Source: Heteronotia binoei (Eukaryota). From it: a stretch of DNA of 64,000 nt. This document shows positions 47,722 through 61,214 of this stretch, in pieces. Location of the stretch: assembly GCF_032191835.1 (NCBI RefSeq), contig NC_083233.1:53754001-53818000 (forward strand), in the 5' to 3' direction. Both the position numbers and the translations under genes were made by a program. The notes below the pieces were generated by a model that worked only from the letters and a program-made list of their open reading frames with translations, was not told the origin of the DNA and did not search any database. Positions within the stretch are counted from its first letter, which is position 1. Each line of letters begins with the position of its first letter.

Positions 47722-48326
47722 CATAAGAACATAAGAGAAGCCATGTTGGATCAGGCCAGTGGCCCATCCAGTCCAACACTCTGTGTCACACAGTGGCAAA
47801 AAAAAACAAGTGGCATCAGGAGATCCACCAGTGGGGCTAGAAGCTCTCCCACTGTGCCCACCCCCAGCACAAGAATACAGAGCATCACTGCCCCAGACAG
47901 AGAGAGTTCCAACAATAAGCTGTGGCTAATAGCCACTGATGGATCTCTGCTCCATATGCTTATCCAATCCCCTCTTGAAGATGGCTATGCTTGTAGCTGC
48001 CACCACCTCCTGTGGCAGTGAATTCCACATGTTAATCACACTTTGGGTGAAGAAGTACTGCCTTTTATCAATTCTAACCCGACTGCTCAGCAATTTCATT
48101 GAATGCCCACGAGTCCTCTTATTGTGAGAAAGGGAGAAAAGTACTTCTTTCTCTACTTTCTCCATCTCATGCATAATCTTGTAAACTTCTGTCATGTCAC
48201 CCCGCAGTCGACGTTTCTCCAAGCTAAAGAGCCCCAAGCATTTTAACCTTTCTTCATAGGGAAAGTGTTCAAACCCTTTAATCATTCTAGTTGCACTTTT
48301 CTGCACTTTTCCCAATGCTATAATAT
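47722..48326 (-). mobile_element. CR1 LINE 3' end (RNF215 intron 9)
   Basis: 129-aa open ORF2 C-terminus plus 3' UTR with (TTCTTATG)-type tail. Confidence 0.9.
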
Positions 48327-48854
48327 CTATATGCTGTAATATTCCAGTGTTATAACTTCCTCCCAGGCAGTTGTCAGAACAGGAGATGGCAAGGCCAGGA
48401 TGTTTTTATACCTGATATTTCAACTTTTTGTAAGACACACTTAAAAAAAAATTTAGGCTGATGGGGGGACACTTTGCACATGATTAGAGGCACTTGTCCT
48501 TATTTATTTTAAAATGTGTGATTTCCCATCAAAAGAAAGGTGCTCAGGCCTTTTGCTCATAGATCTTTGCTAAGAACAGACTTGCTCTTTGTCCAGGAAA
48601 GAAGACCTATGTATGTTCTCAGTGGGTTTGTGCTACCCTTCCCAGACTTACATGATCAGCTTTCAAGAGAACCATATGACAACCACCACTGAAGCCTGTG
48701 CTTCTCTACCCTTTCCCCCTTCACTGCCAAACAGAGTAGCAACATCTGGTCTGAGACCATCATTTGGAAGGCAGGCAGTTCATCAGCCAATGAACAAGTG
48801 ACCCTTGTGGCCCCTACCATTCTAATGGAAACCCTCCTCTTTTCTGCTTTTCAG

Positions 48855-48877
48855 GAAACTGCTATGGGGATAGCTAG
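48855..48877 (+). CDS. RNF215: RNF215 terminal coding exon
   Basis: GNCYGDS* after ttttcag (human GNRYSDD*). Confidence 0.85.
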
Positions 48878-49871
48878 CAAGACTGTGGCCCTTCTTTGAG
48901 GAGTGTTCTGCCGACGCTCCAGGAGAAAGTGGTGTGGGAGGGAGACAGAACTTTGATCCCTGGAGCCTTTTGGCTTGGCAGCTGCTTAGGGCAGTGGGGA
49001 AGCAATACTCCTAGCACCTTGGGCTTCCTCGAGATGGGAAATGTACGTATGTAAAATAATGCGTTCATCTGTTCTTGGACCCAATTGTTTGTCTTCACTC
49101 TGGATTGAATTTGTTGCCCTTTTGGTCTGTCTAGTGGCATTGCCAGATGGTATGAGTCCTGCCATACCAATAGACTTGGGCTGTGATGGGAATGGCCTGT
49201 GGTTTCCTTCCTTGGGGAAGTGAGACTTGGGCTACTCCTTTTACTTTCACAGTCACTTTACTCAGAGTTTTTTGTGGGAAGGAAGGGTTCCTGAGGGGCG
49301 GCTGGTCAGATGGATTACCAATGCTTGCTAATTTATACTAATTTATTAGAAAAGGGCCTGACTGTATCTGCAGGGCTGAGCAATATTGTGGAGGTGCTGT
49401 ATACCCAGCCCCAATTCAGTTGCAGGGCTCAAAGCACCACTTGGGCATGTATAGCCCCCATACTAATAAAAACTGAGCAAGGAGCAACATGTGCTGGTCT
49501 TTATATCATCCTGCCCATTTATTGCCTCTTTCCTCTCAATACCAGAAGACCCTGCCATTTGTTTATTTCTATACTGGCTCTTGGCCACGAGGCTCTCAAA
49601 CCTTGTCAAGGTCAGGCACAGACCAACAGGGTGGGAAAGACGACAGGAATCCCCAAGTGGGTCAAAGGAGGCTGTGTCATCACTCACTTAAGGGCCAATT
49701 CCTACTTTCATTCATTCCCAGGCCTGGTTTTAAAGCCTAAATTTGGTGGATCCATGAGCTACCATCCTCTTTCACCACTCCTGTTAAGGTTATCAGACAA
49801 AGCCTTGTTCTAGGGCAGCAACTAAAACATTACAGAGTGTCATCTGCTGGTATAAGAGGGAGAGAAGTGTT

Positions 49872-50053
49872 CAGGGTTTTTTTTGTAGAAAAAGCCCAGC
49901 AGGAACTCATATGCATAGTAGGCCATACCCTCAACATCACCATTGTTGCGCACAGGGCTCTTTTGCAGAAAAAGCCCAGCAGGAATTCATTTGCATATTA
50001 GGCCACACCCCATGCCACCAAGTCAGCCGGAATTGTGTTCCTGCTCAAAAAAA
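49872..50053. mobile_element. hAT MITE, CAGGGCTTTTTT family (right terminus eroded)
   Basis: Homologous to 8847-9036 and 59529-59634. Confidence 0.7.
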
Positions 50054-50860
50054 GTGTTTCTCAACAGACTGACAACCCAGGCATCCTTCTCTCTCTCTCT
50101 CCCCCCCCCCCCAATTCATAATTATATTTCAAAATATTTACTTCTGTAGCATGAAAGTGTAGGAAAAGGCCATCCCCTCTGTTTCTGTATGTGCATGCTT
50201 CTTCGCTGGAAAGACACTGACATGAAGTCCTGCAGTGTTGCTACGTGCCACCTCTTTTCAGGACAGCCCGTCTTCTCAGGAAGAAAGTTCAGAAACTTGC
50301 TTTTTAAAAAATTCTCAGAACACTGAATTTCCCCCCTGTAGTTTTACTTTATGATTTTTCTGGGCTTGGGCAGAATCTTGTCACTCAAGATTAGGTAAAA
50401 GTCTAGTTCTTTAGACTGGAGAGGTCAACAAATAAATATTAGTCAGTAGCTTTGCCCAGGGCTCTCATATTTTCTTCAGGTTGGAGGCAGAGGAGAGGGT
50501 GAAATAAGAAACACAACCTAGTGTATGCTCCTAACAACTGGAAGAGAAGTTGCCTATGTGGGCAGGATCTTCACTGGCCAAGAGTACTGCCAGTCAGCAT
50601 TACGCTGCCTTTAAAAAAATCCTGTCATTCAAGGACACCTTTGTGGCTCAGACAGAGCAGCCTTTACAAAGCACTCCTCCCTTCTCCAGCCAACCATAAG
50701 AATCTCCTAAACCAATTATTCAGGATGGGGTACATGAGCTTGTTGCTCTCATGTGGTCCAGCCACCATTTGCTCTTTCCCACTAAGCTTCAGGCTTGCCT
50801 CACTACAGAATCCCAGTGATGTTTTTGGCAACCATCCGAAATCGTTCCTCTTGAGGGCTT

Positions 50861-51161
50861 TTATTTCTGGTGGTTCCGGGTGCAATGGGCTGGGGGCCGG
50901 CTCCTGCTTTTCCCCTTTTCTCTGGCATAAGTGTGGACAGCTGAGTCCTTGCAGGGAAAGGTGAACTGGAATGCTACCTTCTGGGCAGCCTGTATGGAGG
51001 CGGACTTTTCCAATGGGCTGACAGATGTCCGGTGGGAAGCGGAGCTGCCTCTGCTGGGAGTATTGCTGTTCCGAGATCTGCTTTGAGCCCTACTTCCTGG
51101 GCCAGCTTGATTATTAGGAGACCTTGTCAATACTCCTTTGAAACCTGTTATTATATGTTGC
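50861..51161 (-). CDS. CCDC157: CCDC157 terminal coding exon (predicted)
   Basis: Acceptor tccctttgcag, phase 2, Ser/Arg-rich open frame to TAA. Poorly conserved; has an internal donor at 50977. Confidence 0.6.
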
Positions 51162-51261
51162 CTGCAAAGGGAGCAAGACCAAGAACCAGCTGAGGCAAGG
51201 GCCTTCTCAAGTCCTTCCAAAAATCCCAGCCCTTCACAGGCTGGACAGTCTACAAACTTAC

Positions 51262-51338
51262 CCTGTGGGAGACTGCTCCTTGCTGTCTTCACACTCCACT
51301 TTTGCAGACTGAAGCCACAGCTGGGTTGGAGGTACAAG
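51262..51338 (-). CDS. CCDC157: CCDC157 coding exon 9
   Basis: LVPPTQLWLQSAKVECEDSKEQSPT; ccacag/gtaagt; phase 0 to 2. Confidence 0.75.
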
Positions 51339-52075
51339 CTGTGGAGACAGGAACTCCATGTTAGAAGGATTGTAGAGTTTGAAGGCACTTCCAGTCACAC
51401 AGCTGGGACCTGGAAATGGCAATATGAAGTTTTCCATCCAGGGTGTCCCCTGGAACAGGGCTCTAGGATTTGAGAACAGAGACATAAGCCACACATGACT
51501 CTGGTTGCATTGCTATGAGTTTGAAAGCTTTGTGTTATGTGAACAGGCCACGCTAAGTCTTTTTGCATACCTGACAGCAGCTAATGGGTGATCAGAGGCT
51601 TATTAAAGAGGAACTTGCTGGAGCAATTCTCTCCAGGCTTTAGGTTGTGACACCCATCATTTTGCACAGAGACATCTGGAAGCAACTTGAATTTGGATCC
51701 AGCAAAACAGACAGCTGGAAATAGAGAACACTGAAGTATCTTTAGGGTGCAGTTGCTCTTTTGGGAAATCTAGTGCAGGTTTGGCAGTAGTAATCCTTGC
51801 TGTAAAAGTGTGTCTGCTACTGTGTTCTGTTATATTCGTGTCAACAGAAATAACAAAGATATCATAAGCCTCTAACTGCCACCATTCATCCAGAGGAAGC
51901 AAATTCTAAAGCACCATCCCTGGACCTCTCGCTGCCCAATACCTGTGTGGCAGGAATGCTTCTGTTGCTTAACCCTTATGTCCAGGTTGCCAACTGATGC
52001 CACACAATGCTCTCCTGTGAGGGTGTCTGAAGGCAGGTCTCCCCTTTGGTGCTTTCTCTGGCACTGCCCACCTAC

Positions 52076-52215
52076 TTTTGGTGCTTCCTGCTGTGACACC
52101 TCCTTCATCTTGGCTACAGCAGTTCGGAGGCGAATGTTTTCTTCTTCCAGGATGCTGATACGGATGTTGTTGGCTTGCAGCTGCTTCTCCATGTCTTCCA
52201 TGATATCCCCTGTGC
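52076..52215 (-). CDS. CCDC157: CCDC157 coding exon 8
   Basis: TGDIMEDMEKQLQANNIRISILEEENIRLRTAVAKMKE. Confidence 0.9.
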
Positions 52216-52724
52216 CTGCAAAGAAGTATGGGGCCAGAGGTCAAGTCCACTACCTCTACAGAAGGATCGGGCACTGAAGGGCCAACTGTATTGAAAGGCA
52301 TATCAAAAACATCATCAGGCCAGGTCTTTGCACCAGCAGGCTGCATCCCTGGCAAAGAAGCCTCATCTTCCCCTTAACCATCCCATTCAGACCCTGAGCT
52401 AAGCCTTGGCTTATACAGCTGCAATTGCCATGGGATGGTCTTCTGAAAACCCCACAGACTACAGTGTCTGTTCATCTATTTGGCCCAGTATTTTCCTGAC
52501 CACTGATGCCACATAGTGGAGATGAGTTTGAGAGGCCAACCTGGAAGTCCTGCCTGCTTCAGATCTCCTTGGCCAGTCTTCTCCCCCTCCCCCAAAGGGA
52601 TAGTTGTAACCAGCATGGCGAGGTCACTGCAGGTATTATGACAGTACTATATGTGTAAATAAGGTGTCAATTCAGCCTAAAGGCCAAGGACAAAGATGGT
52701 CAGAATACAGAATATTCAAAAATC

Positions 52725-52883
52725 CACCCTGATGTAGCCCAATTTCATCAGATCTTGGAAGTGAAGCAGGATTGGCCCTTGTTAGTATTTCAGTGGGAGA
52801 CCTCCAGGGAATACTAGGGGTGCTCTGCAGAGGCAGGCAATGGCCATCCTCCTCTGAATATCTCTTGCCTTGAAAATCCTACC
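52725..52883 (+). mobile_element. 5S-derived SINE (further copies ~33775-33870, 53322-53492, 56455-56620, 63215-63335)
   Basis: Degenerate 5S internal-control-region head plus shared tail. Confidence 0.7.
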
Positions 52884-52984
52884 GGGGGGGGGTGCCTCCA
52901 AAAGTCAGCTGCGATGTGGCATCAAAAAAGGGGGGCTACAGCATTTACCAGCACACACAGATGTCCCTTTGTTTGGTTCCTTAC

Positions 52985-53153
52985 TTTCATACTGTGTCTC
53001 CACAGGGAGATGAAGATCTGGGAAGGACACCAAGAGTCTTTCCCTCTCTTTCAGCTCCTGGTTCATCTCTCCCAACTTCGATACGGTGCTTTGGAGCTCA
53101 GATACGGACTGCTCCATGCTCTGTTTTTCCTGCTGTGCTCTTTCCACGAGTTC
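52985..53153 (-). CDS. CCDC157: CCDC157 coding exon 7
   Basis: ELVERAQQEKQ...LKERERLLVSFPDLHLPVETQYE. Confidence 0.9.
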
Positions 53154-54622
53154 CTAAATTGAGACAGGAATGAGGTTAAGCTTCTCAAACTTTCCTGGAT
53201 GCCAGAGCGACAGAACGAAGCAATATTATACATGCCTGCAGATTTGCTCAGAGGTTATGGGGTTTTTGCCATCAAGTCAAGCTAACCTCTGGCAAATCCT
53301 AGTGGAGGTTGGAGGGAAGGGACATTCAGAGGTGGTTTGCCATCGCCTGCCTCTGCACCCCAGAGGTGGTTTGCCATCGCCTGCCTCTGGTATTCCTTGG
53401 AGGTCTCCCATCCAAATACTAGCCAGGGCTGGCCCTGCTTAGTTTCTGAGATCTGATGAGATCGGGCTTGCCTGGGCTATCCAGGTCAGGGCTGCTCAGA
53501 TGTTTTTGATGTGCTGGGGGAGATGGAGAATAGTTCTCGTAACTAGAAGAGGAGATCTTATCTGTACCAGTGTAGTGTTGTGGTTGGACTAGGACCTAGG
53601 AGAGCCAGGTTCAACTTTACATTCACCATGAAACTTGCTGGGTGACTTTGAGCCAGTCATATGCTCTCAACCTGATCTCAAAAACTTGTTGAAAGGATAA
53701 ATTGGAGGAGAGGTAAAAAGAACTGTGGGCCTGGGGCACTCCTCCAAGCAAAACATATTTCCTGTGTATAGAAAACTAGCATGTCCTGGAAAAGACTCCT
53801 CTCTCTACCCTGCTAATTTCCTAGAACAATCAGCTTTAGGAGGGAAGGGAATAGGGGAGCATTCAGATGTGTGATCTTCATCTGCTATCTGTGTCCAGAC
53901 ACAGGTACAGAGGGGCTGGGAGCTAGATTTTGAAGAGGCCAGTTTTGAAGAGGCATGATGTGGCAGGAGAGCAAACACACCTAGCCACATCCACATCTGC
54001 CCCTGCCCCTGCCCAAAGCCCTCATTGGGCTGGCATTCTGGCAGTCCATCTTGCTGCTCCTCATCATTCATAGTTGGCAAAATCAATTTAGAATTGAACT
54101 AGGCCAGCAGCCTGGAGCACAAATATTGCTAGTTTAGCAGGAGTGCATTTCTTGCCCTACTTCTTATGCCATCTCAAGTGTTGGGAAGGAGGCAACATCT
54201 TCAGTTACAGGGGTATGGCTGAAACATCCTGGAAGTCGATGTTGACTGTCCCCTACCTCATGGCTTTGGCCTATGGGTGCAAGAGAGTCAGCTTTTGGCT
54301 CCTGAAAGCCACTGTTCTCCAGGCAGGGAGCTGGTCACCCCGCAGCACCAGGCTACATAAAACTAGCAGCATTTGCAGTGACAGAACACCAGCACTCACG
54401 GCACAGATGACACCCATCCAAAATCCCAAACAGAAAGGTTCATTTTTCCTTAGGAGTGAAACTTTGAGGGCAAACTTTGGGTCAGGCCATCAGGAGCTAG
54501 GACAACTGTTAACCACTTTCTGCATAACCATCTCCTTAAGTATGGGACTGGAGTGCTCTGCTCCTCCCTGACCCCAGTGGAAGCAGCATGGGCTTTCCCC
54601 CTTCTCACACCCTGCCACAGAC

Positions 54623-54799
54623 CTGCTGTGCTCTCATTTGATCCTGGATCTGCCGCTTCTCCTCTTGGAGGCCCTTTGCCTTTTCCTGCAGCATGTATGT
54701 GTTGTCTTCCCTGTCAGCCAGATTGGTTTTTAGCTGCTCACATTCCTGGTCCAGGTTATCCAACTGCTGCATTAGAGCCCTCTGCTTGACCTGGAGGGA
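54623..54799 (-). CDS. CCDC157: CCDC157 coding exon 6
   Basis: SLQVKQRALMQQLDNLDQECEQLK...; 177 nt, phase 0-0; not in the supplied ORF track. Confidence 0.9.
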
Positions 54800-56086
54800 C
54801 TTTGAGGGAAAGAGGAAAAAGAGTATATAAAAGCAGGGCTATCAAGAAAACTAGTTTACTGATTAATGATCAGAAAATAATTTTAAATATTTCAGACAGG
54901 AAAGAACTAATTTCTGGCCAGTGAATTAAAAGTCCACTTATACAATTGGGGGTTCTGTGTGCCTTCATTACAAGAAATGAAAGAAAATATTAGGGACCTT
55001 CCTTTCAGAAATGAGCAGGTTTTGTTTATTAAGTTATCTCATTCTGTCAGTATCTTGAAAAAGAGTTATCCTGAGTTTTACAATATGCAGGTTTACTTGA
55101 AAGAAGTCAAATAACTTAAACAGGCGGTGGTTAATTAACTAACAAACCTTTACTCAGATGACAACCTTGCATTTTTTTAAAAAAAAAGCAAAATTGCATT
55201 TAAAAACAAACAGGATACCTAACAGATTGTCGGGAGAGGATCAGGTAATGGGGAACAATGTTTATCACTAAACAGCATGGGGGGGGGAGCAATTCTACAT
55301 TCAGTAAATGTGGATTCTCTGTTCAGAATAAATAATGCAGATTTTATAGAACAAATCTGTTTTGTCTTCCACACCCCTGACTGTAGGATGAGGCATAATT
55401 CTTACAAACCACAGAGGAGGTAGGCAACCTCTGCCTCCACTGCACCACTACAGATGGCAAGTGGGTGGCTTTCATCACTGAATACCCTTCAATCAAAATA
55501 TCTTTTGTACAGGAAACTTGCAAGTCAGGGAGAAGGTATTTGAAGCTAAAATTTTTCTTCCAGTTTGATTTGCAGGTTTTCTATGAGCAGGGTATTATTT
55601 TATATGGAGAAACACTGAATCATGAACACAACACCTGCAACCCAGACATAAGTTAACCATCCACCTTCTCTACCACTCCTGAGGCATGAGTTTGTACAAA
55701 TATGAGCATAATTTTTGGTTGGCAAGAAAGTGTTACAGTAATAGGAGGAGGAATATCAGGGCAAAAATAAGTATACAATACAATGTGGGTTTTGTGTGTG
55801 TGATAGGCAAACAGTGGAAGACTACATGAACGAGGAGAAATTTCACAGTGCAGAAAAATGCCCAGAGGAAAACATATTGGGAGGGACTCCAAAGACAGGA
55901 GCCTAGGAGCATGCAGGTCTGAAGACACATCAAGACTGTTCAGTTTATGATAAGCAACTTTGGCCAAGAGAACGAACAGGGAACCAACACATGTAAACTG
56001 CTTAGATCTCCTTGGCCAGAGAGAAGCATAACACAAAGATTCCAGAGAACAGCTAAGCCAATGGCTTGTCTCTGCACTGGCTTCAC

Positions 56087-56286
56087 CTTTTTATGACGTA
56101 GCATGCTCTCCACTGTGGCCTTCTCTTTTTCAAGCTCGGTGGTGGTCCAGTTCAGCTGCTGCTTTGTGCTGTCCAGTTGGCAAGACAGGACCGCCAGCTG
56201 GCCCTCCAGAGTGGTCACTTGGCTCTTGTCCACCATGCCAGCCATCTTCACTTGCATCTCCTGCAGCAGACTGCTTTTGGTCCACT
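56087..56286 (-). CDS. CCDC157: CCDC157 coding exon 5
   Basis: WTKSSLLQEMQVK...ELEKEKATVESMLRHKK. Confidence 0.9.
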
Positions 56287-57024
56287 CTGTGAATGCATGA
56301 CAGCTTTTTGGAGGTGGGGGGTGGGATGGGAGCAGGATTCAGCAAGGCCAGGCTCAAAGCTGAATTGCAAAAGGTGGTGATCACAATTGAGCCGAGAGTC
56401 ACAGCCTGATCCTGCATATGTTTATACTAGCAAGTAAAGGCTGTGGGAAATGGCATGGTATAACTCAATCGCATCGGATCTTGGAAGCTACGCAGGGTCA
56501 GTACTTGGATGGGAAACCATCAAGGAAGATTCTGCAGAGAAAGGCAGTGGCAAACCACCTCTGCTTTTCACTTGTCTTAAAAGCCCCTTGTTGGGATCAC
56601 CATAAGTCAGACGAGCGCATGCATAGGAGCCATGGAGTTCAACAGGGCTTGCTCCCAAATAAGCATACAAAAAAGCCTTTGGCACCCTTAGGCCCACTGA
56701 TGTCAACAGGCTGTAAGTGCATCTGGTTTTTGAACTGCAGTCAGTAGATGTCAGGTGCGTTGGGTTACTGATATAATTGCATACACATATTTTAAAATGT
56801 AACCACAACCATGGGGTGACAATGTGGCTGACAGAATTTGATAGTGTGAATTTTTAGGAATGGGAGTCAAAGTGTGGGCCACCATTCTTTACTCTCTTCT
56901 CAGTGGCTTTCTTGGAAAGGCAGCTGACGACCAAATAGGCAAATATGAAATGAATGGGAGAGTGATGTCAGTGAAGTGGGGTGGGGACCAATGGAAATGT
57001 CAGAAGGAGGGTCTCTAATCTTAC

Positions 57025-57102
57025 CCAGCTCTCGGAAATTAGTTTGCTGTTGGTGAATCTCCTCTTTCAAGGTGGAGATCTGTTCCTCCAAGAAAACCTG
57101 TC
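57025..57102 (-). CDS. CCDC157: CCDC157 coding exon 4
   Basis: QVFLEEQISTLKEEIHQQQTNFREL; T-tract-tag/gtaag; phase 1-1. Confidence 0.8.
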
Positions 57103-58343
57103 CTATAAAAAAAAAAAAAAGATTGACATCAAAGCATCCCATATTGTTCAAGTAGAAATGGGCAGGACACCCACATTGCAGACTGGGAACAGTGAGGGAA
57201 GTTGCAGATGAGTAGGCCGAAACAGGCTGTAACAGTTGGGAGACGAGAACCAGAACAGTTATGCTACAGACATGAGATTTTCTACCATTTCAATGGCTAC
57301 ACTCCAAGAATGCTGAACATCGTAGTTTGAAGAGGAGGCTCAACTCTACCCCCTCCCAGAATTACAATTTCCAGTATCCCCAGAAAGAAGAATTACAAAA
57401 CCCACTTAAAATATGTAGTGTAGGGGTATGTGGAATTCCCCACTTGCGATGTGGAAAACAAAAATATCATGAAGGACCACCTCTTCCCAACATATGAATC
57501 TGTGTACAACGTCAGTTCCCTCTGTGCTTTCTCTCAAGCACAGTGTACAACACGAATTCCCTCTGTACTTTCTAACAAGGATACCTGTGCTACAGAGGCC
57601 CATTCCATGAAGTACGAGGGCAGAGCCAGACCCTTGGTCTATCAAGGTCAGGATTGTCCACTCTTGCTAGCAGTAGCTCTCCAGGCATTAGGACAGAAGT
57701 CTCTTGTGTCACTGCTACCAAATCCTGTTAGCTGGAGACATCACAGACTGAATCTGCGACTTTCCTCTAAACATTTTCAACTATTGCTCTGGTGCTCTGG
57801 AACAGGCTGCCAGTGCAGGCAAGGTCTATGGCCTCCTTGATAGTGTTCAGAAGGGCATGCAGGACAGGCCTTGGGCTGAGGGGAACAGGTCTGAGCTGGA
57901 CTATGCCGCTGTTTTGCCATATCTGTAGCCACTGGATGTTAATCGTTTGTCTTCACACAAACACTTGTTTTATTTTTTTTTGTCTACTTAATTATATCGT
58001 GTGAACCACCTTGATTCCAAAGTGCTAGTAAACTTTTAATTTACTATGACCAAATAGGCAAATATGAAACAGCTGTGCAGCTGCTGATGGGTACAGGAGA
58101 ATTGCAGAAGCTTATCCATGACTGAAAACGCATGGCCCTGTTCCCAAGTCCTGACTGGCTGGGCAGAGGAGATTGCTGGGAGGTCATACAAACTAAGCTA
58201 TTCTAGTTCTTCTGCTGGTACTTTAGAACTAGCCCTGGATGATGCTCGTTTTTTGGGATGCTCGATTTTTGGGATTCAGGATATATATATGCATGCACAA
58301 GTAGACCACAGGTCTAGAGAGAGAGAAAGGAAGGGATATTCAC

Positions 58344-59004
58344 TTTTCTGGAGATCCTCTTTGTCCTTTTCAAGCGTGGCCACAAGCTGCAGGCTTTCTG
58401 CATTCTTTTTTTCAAACAGCAGCTCTGCCTCCTTCCTTTGCTGCTCCTGGGCTTCTTTCTCCTTTTCCAGGCAGCTCTGGAAGGTCTCCAGCTGTTTCTT
58501 CAACTCCTCCTTTTGTTTCTCAGCTGCTTCCAGCTCTTCCTTCAAAGGATTAACGAGCTCCGTCAGCATCTGGAGATGTTTGTTGATCCGGGAGAGGTCC
58601 TTGCTTTGCTCGGATGCCCAGTAGCCCATGTCCGTGGCCGTGAGGGGTTTCTGACCGAGGGTTTCCTCAATCATATGAAGGAATCGTCTCAGAGATGATG
58701 GGAGGTTCTGACTGCTGCAGATGTGGATGATGGCGTTACCCACTTCCTTCAGGCTGACCTGGGCCCTCTCGCATGCATCACACGGTACCAGGGATGACTC
58801 AATGGTTTGAGAATGGATGCTCCGGACATGCTTAGCAACACCCTGGCTTATTTCTGCCTGAGATGAAACTCTGATGGCACTGTCCATGAGCCCACTGCTC
58901 ACGGACACGGTCAATGGAGAAGACCGGAGACTGGGCAAAGTCACATCTGACTCCGAAAGGGCTGATGGGCAGCTTTTAAAACGCCCACTCTCAGCTCTTG
59001 CCAC
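58344..59004 (-). CDS. CCDC157: CCDC157 coding exon 3
   Basis: 661 nt: SQTIESSLVPCDAC..., LPSSL..., WASEQSKDLSRINKHL, then coiled coil. Confidence 0.9.
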
Positions 59005-59528
59005 CTGCAGGGAATATTTCAAGCTGGAGAGATCTTCTCTATTATGTTTTTTCTAGGCAGGAAAGGAAAAAAAGAGATCACTTTCCTAGTTTACCCAGAT
59101 GGCATTGGGATGAGGCTTGCTTGCAAGTCTGCCCCACCACCACCCAGCCTAACATCTCTGTGTTAGAGGCCTCTGCAGTCAAAGAGGGGCCTGTGTCATG
59201 TTTGCAAGCCTAACCCAGCGCTTCAATGTCTTTATAGAAACCTCCCTTATTTATTCCTTTAAAATATTTCCATTCTCTATTCCACAGACTCAGGGCACTT
59301 AACAACGCAAAGTTAAAAACCACTCACATTAAGAAAATAGCACTTTATGACCAATTAAAAATTATTGGAGAAAAAAAGAAACTAGTGCTTCATTATTACA
59401 TAATCATTATTAAAACTTAATGCCTTTTATTCTGGGATTTGCATGGGAGACTTCCTGATCTTTTCTATTGCTTACTGGAAACAAAAAAAAAAACTGGAGG
59501 AGGGTAAAGCCACAGTTATCAGGCTGCA

Positions 59529-59634
59529 CAGGGCTTTTTTTGTAGAAAAAGCCCAGCAGGAACTCATTTGCATATTAAGCCACACCCCTGATGCCAAGTC
59601 AGCCAGAACTGTGTTCCTGCTCCAAAAAGCCCTG
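59529..59634. mobile_element. 106-bp hAT MITE, CAGGGCTTTTTT family (single unit)
   Basis: TIR CAGGGCTTTTT / AAAAAGCCCTG; perfect TSD AGGCTGCA. Confidence 0.9.
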
Positions 59635-59683
59635 AGGCTGCACATGCACAGATGATGAGGATGAGTCCTCCCAGACAACCTAC

Positions 59684-59855
59684 CTCGGCCACAAGCTGCT
59701 GATAGACGGTCCCCAGTTTCAGCATGCTGTTCCAATACTTCTTCACAGCCAGCCCAATAGACATGTAGGATCCTGTCACTCTGGATGGAGGCACGGCTTG
59801 TTCGCTGATCACATTCTCAGTGTATGCTGCAAAGCTCTGAAGCAGCAACAGCAGC
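59684..59855 (-). CDS. CCDC157: CCDC157 coding exon 2
   Basis: LLLLLQSFAAYTE...MSIGLAVKKYWNSMLKLG; phase 2 to 0. Confidence 0.9.
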
Positions 59856-60950
59856 CTTGAGAGGGCAGAAAGGTAATCCCAGTATTGTAGAGTGCAAATC
59901 TACATTACATGATGGCCAAGCCTAGGAACCCTGGGCCAGCTTTAACCAGCCATGTAACTGGGCCCTTGTTTCTTACACACCACTCACACTATTGCCTGTC
60001 TGCTCACACCAAACCTAGTGTACAACACAATGTGGTTGTGGTTTCCCCCCAGCAAGAAGGAACCCAGTAGGGGGGATTGCCTGCTAGAAAAAAAGATGGG
60101 CAAAGGAGCTGTCTTACATAAAGATGATGATGGCAGCAACAGCAGCAGTAGTATTTTTGTTCACCACAGCAACTATAATTCCTTGGGCCAGTGATGACCA
60201 ACTGGAGGATCCAGCTCACATGCAATTTTATCAGACCTCTGGGGACATTGCTTCTTTAAATAACTAGATCACCATTCAAATTGGATAGGGGTGGCCAGAC
60301 ACCATATAAAATTGTTCAGGGGAGCCAGGCACACCAGTATTTGTTAGTGTTACTGCTATGACTGCTAAGCAGTTATATTGGGTGGGGTTAGAGAAAGAGC
60401 TTCTTACCTGACCCTCTCTCAATGGTTAATGGAGACTTCCTGGTTTGTAACAAAGTCTGTTGCAGTGCAATCCAACAGAATTGCTCCTATCTAGAATTCA
60501 GTGGGTTTAGACTGGACTAACTCTTTGAGCTGCTCTGTTAGCCACTAAGCTAACGTGCTATCAATGGACTATTTCAGGATGATGCAGTCTCCAGAGGAGA
60601 CAGAATTTGGGCAGTTGAAAGCTTTAAAGGTGTAAAGTGGCCTAGAAAATGATGGGGAATCAGATTGGACTCTTGAATCCTTAGGTGGGCTTGCTGAAAC
60701 TGTGGTGTGTACAACAAATTCTGGTTGGACAAATTCAGCTGATCAGATGCCAATAACAAGTACCAACCTGTGAATAAACCCAGTTTTGTATGCTTCTTGC
60801 CTCCTGTCTGTTTCCCAGCAGGAAGGATATCTTCTCTAGACTATCATCTATGTGACCAGATAGCCACAAGTTTACCAACTGTAGCTTGCAAAATCTGTAG
60901 ACATTTGTATTCCATGGTTCATTGCAACATCACCTCTGGGTAAGTCCTCA

Positions 60951-61214
<264 letters not shown>

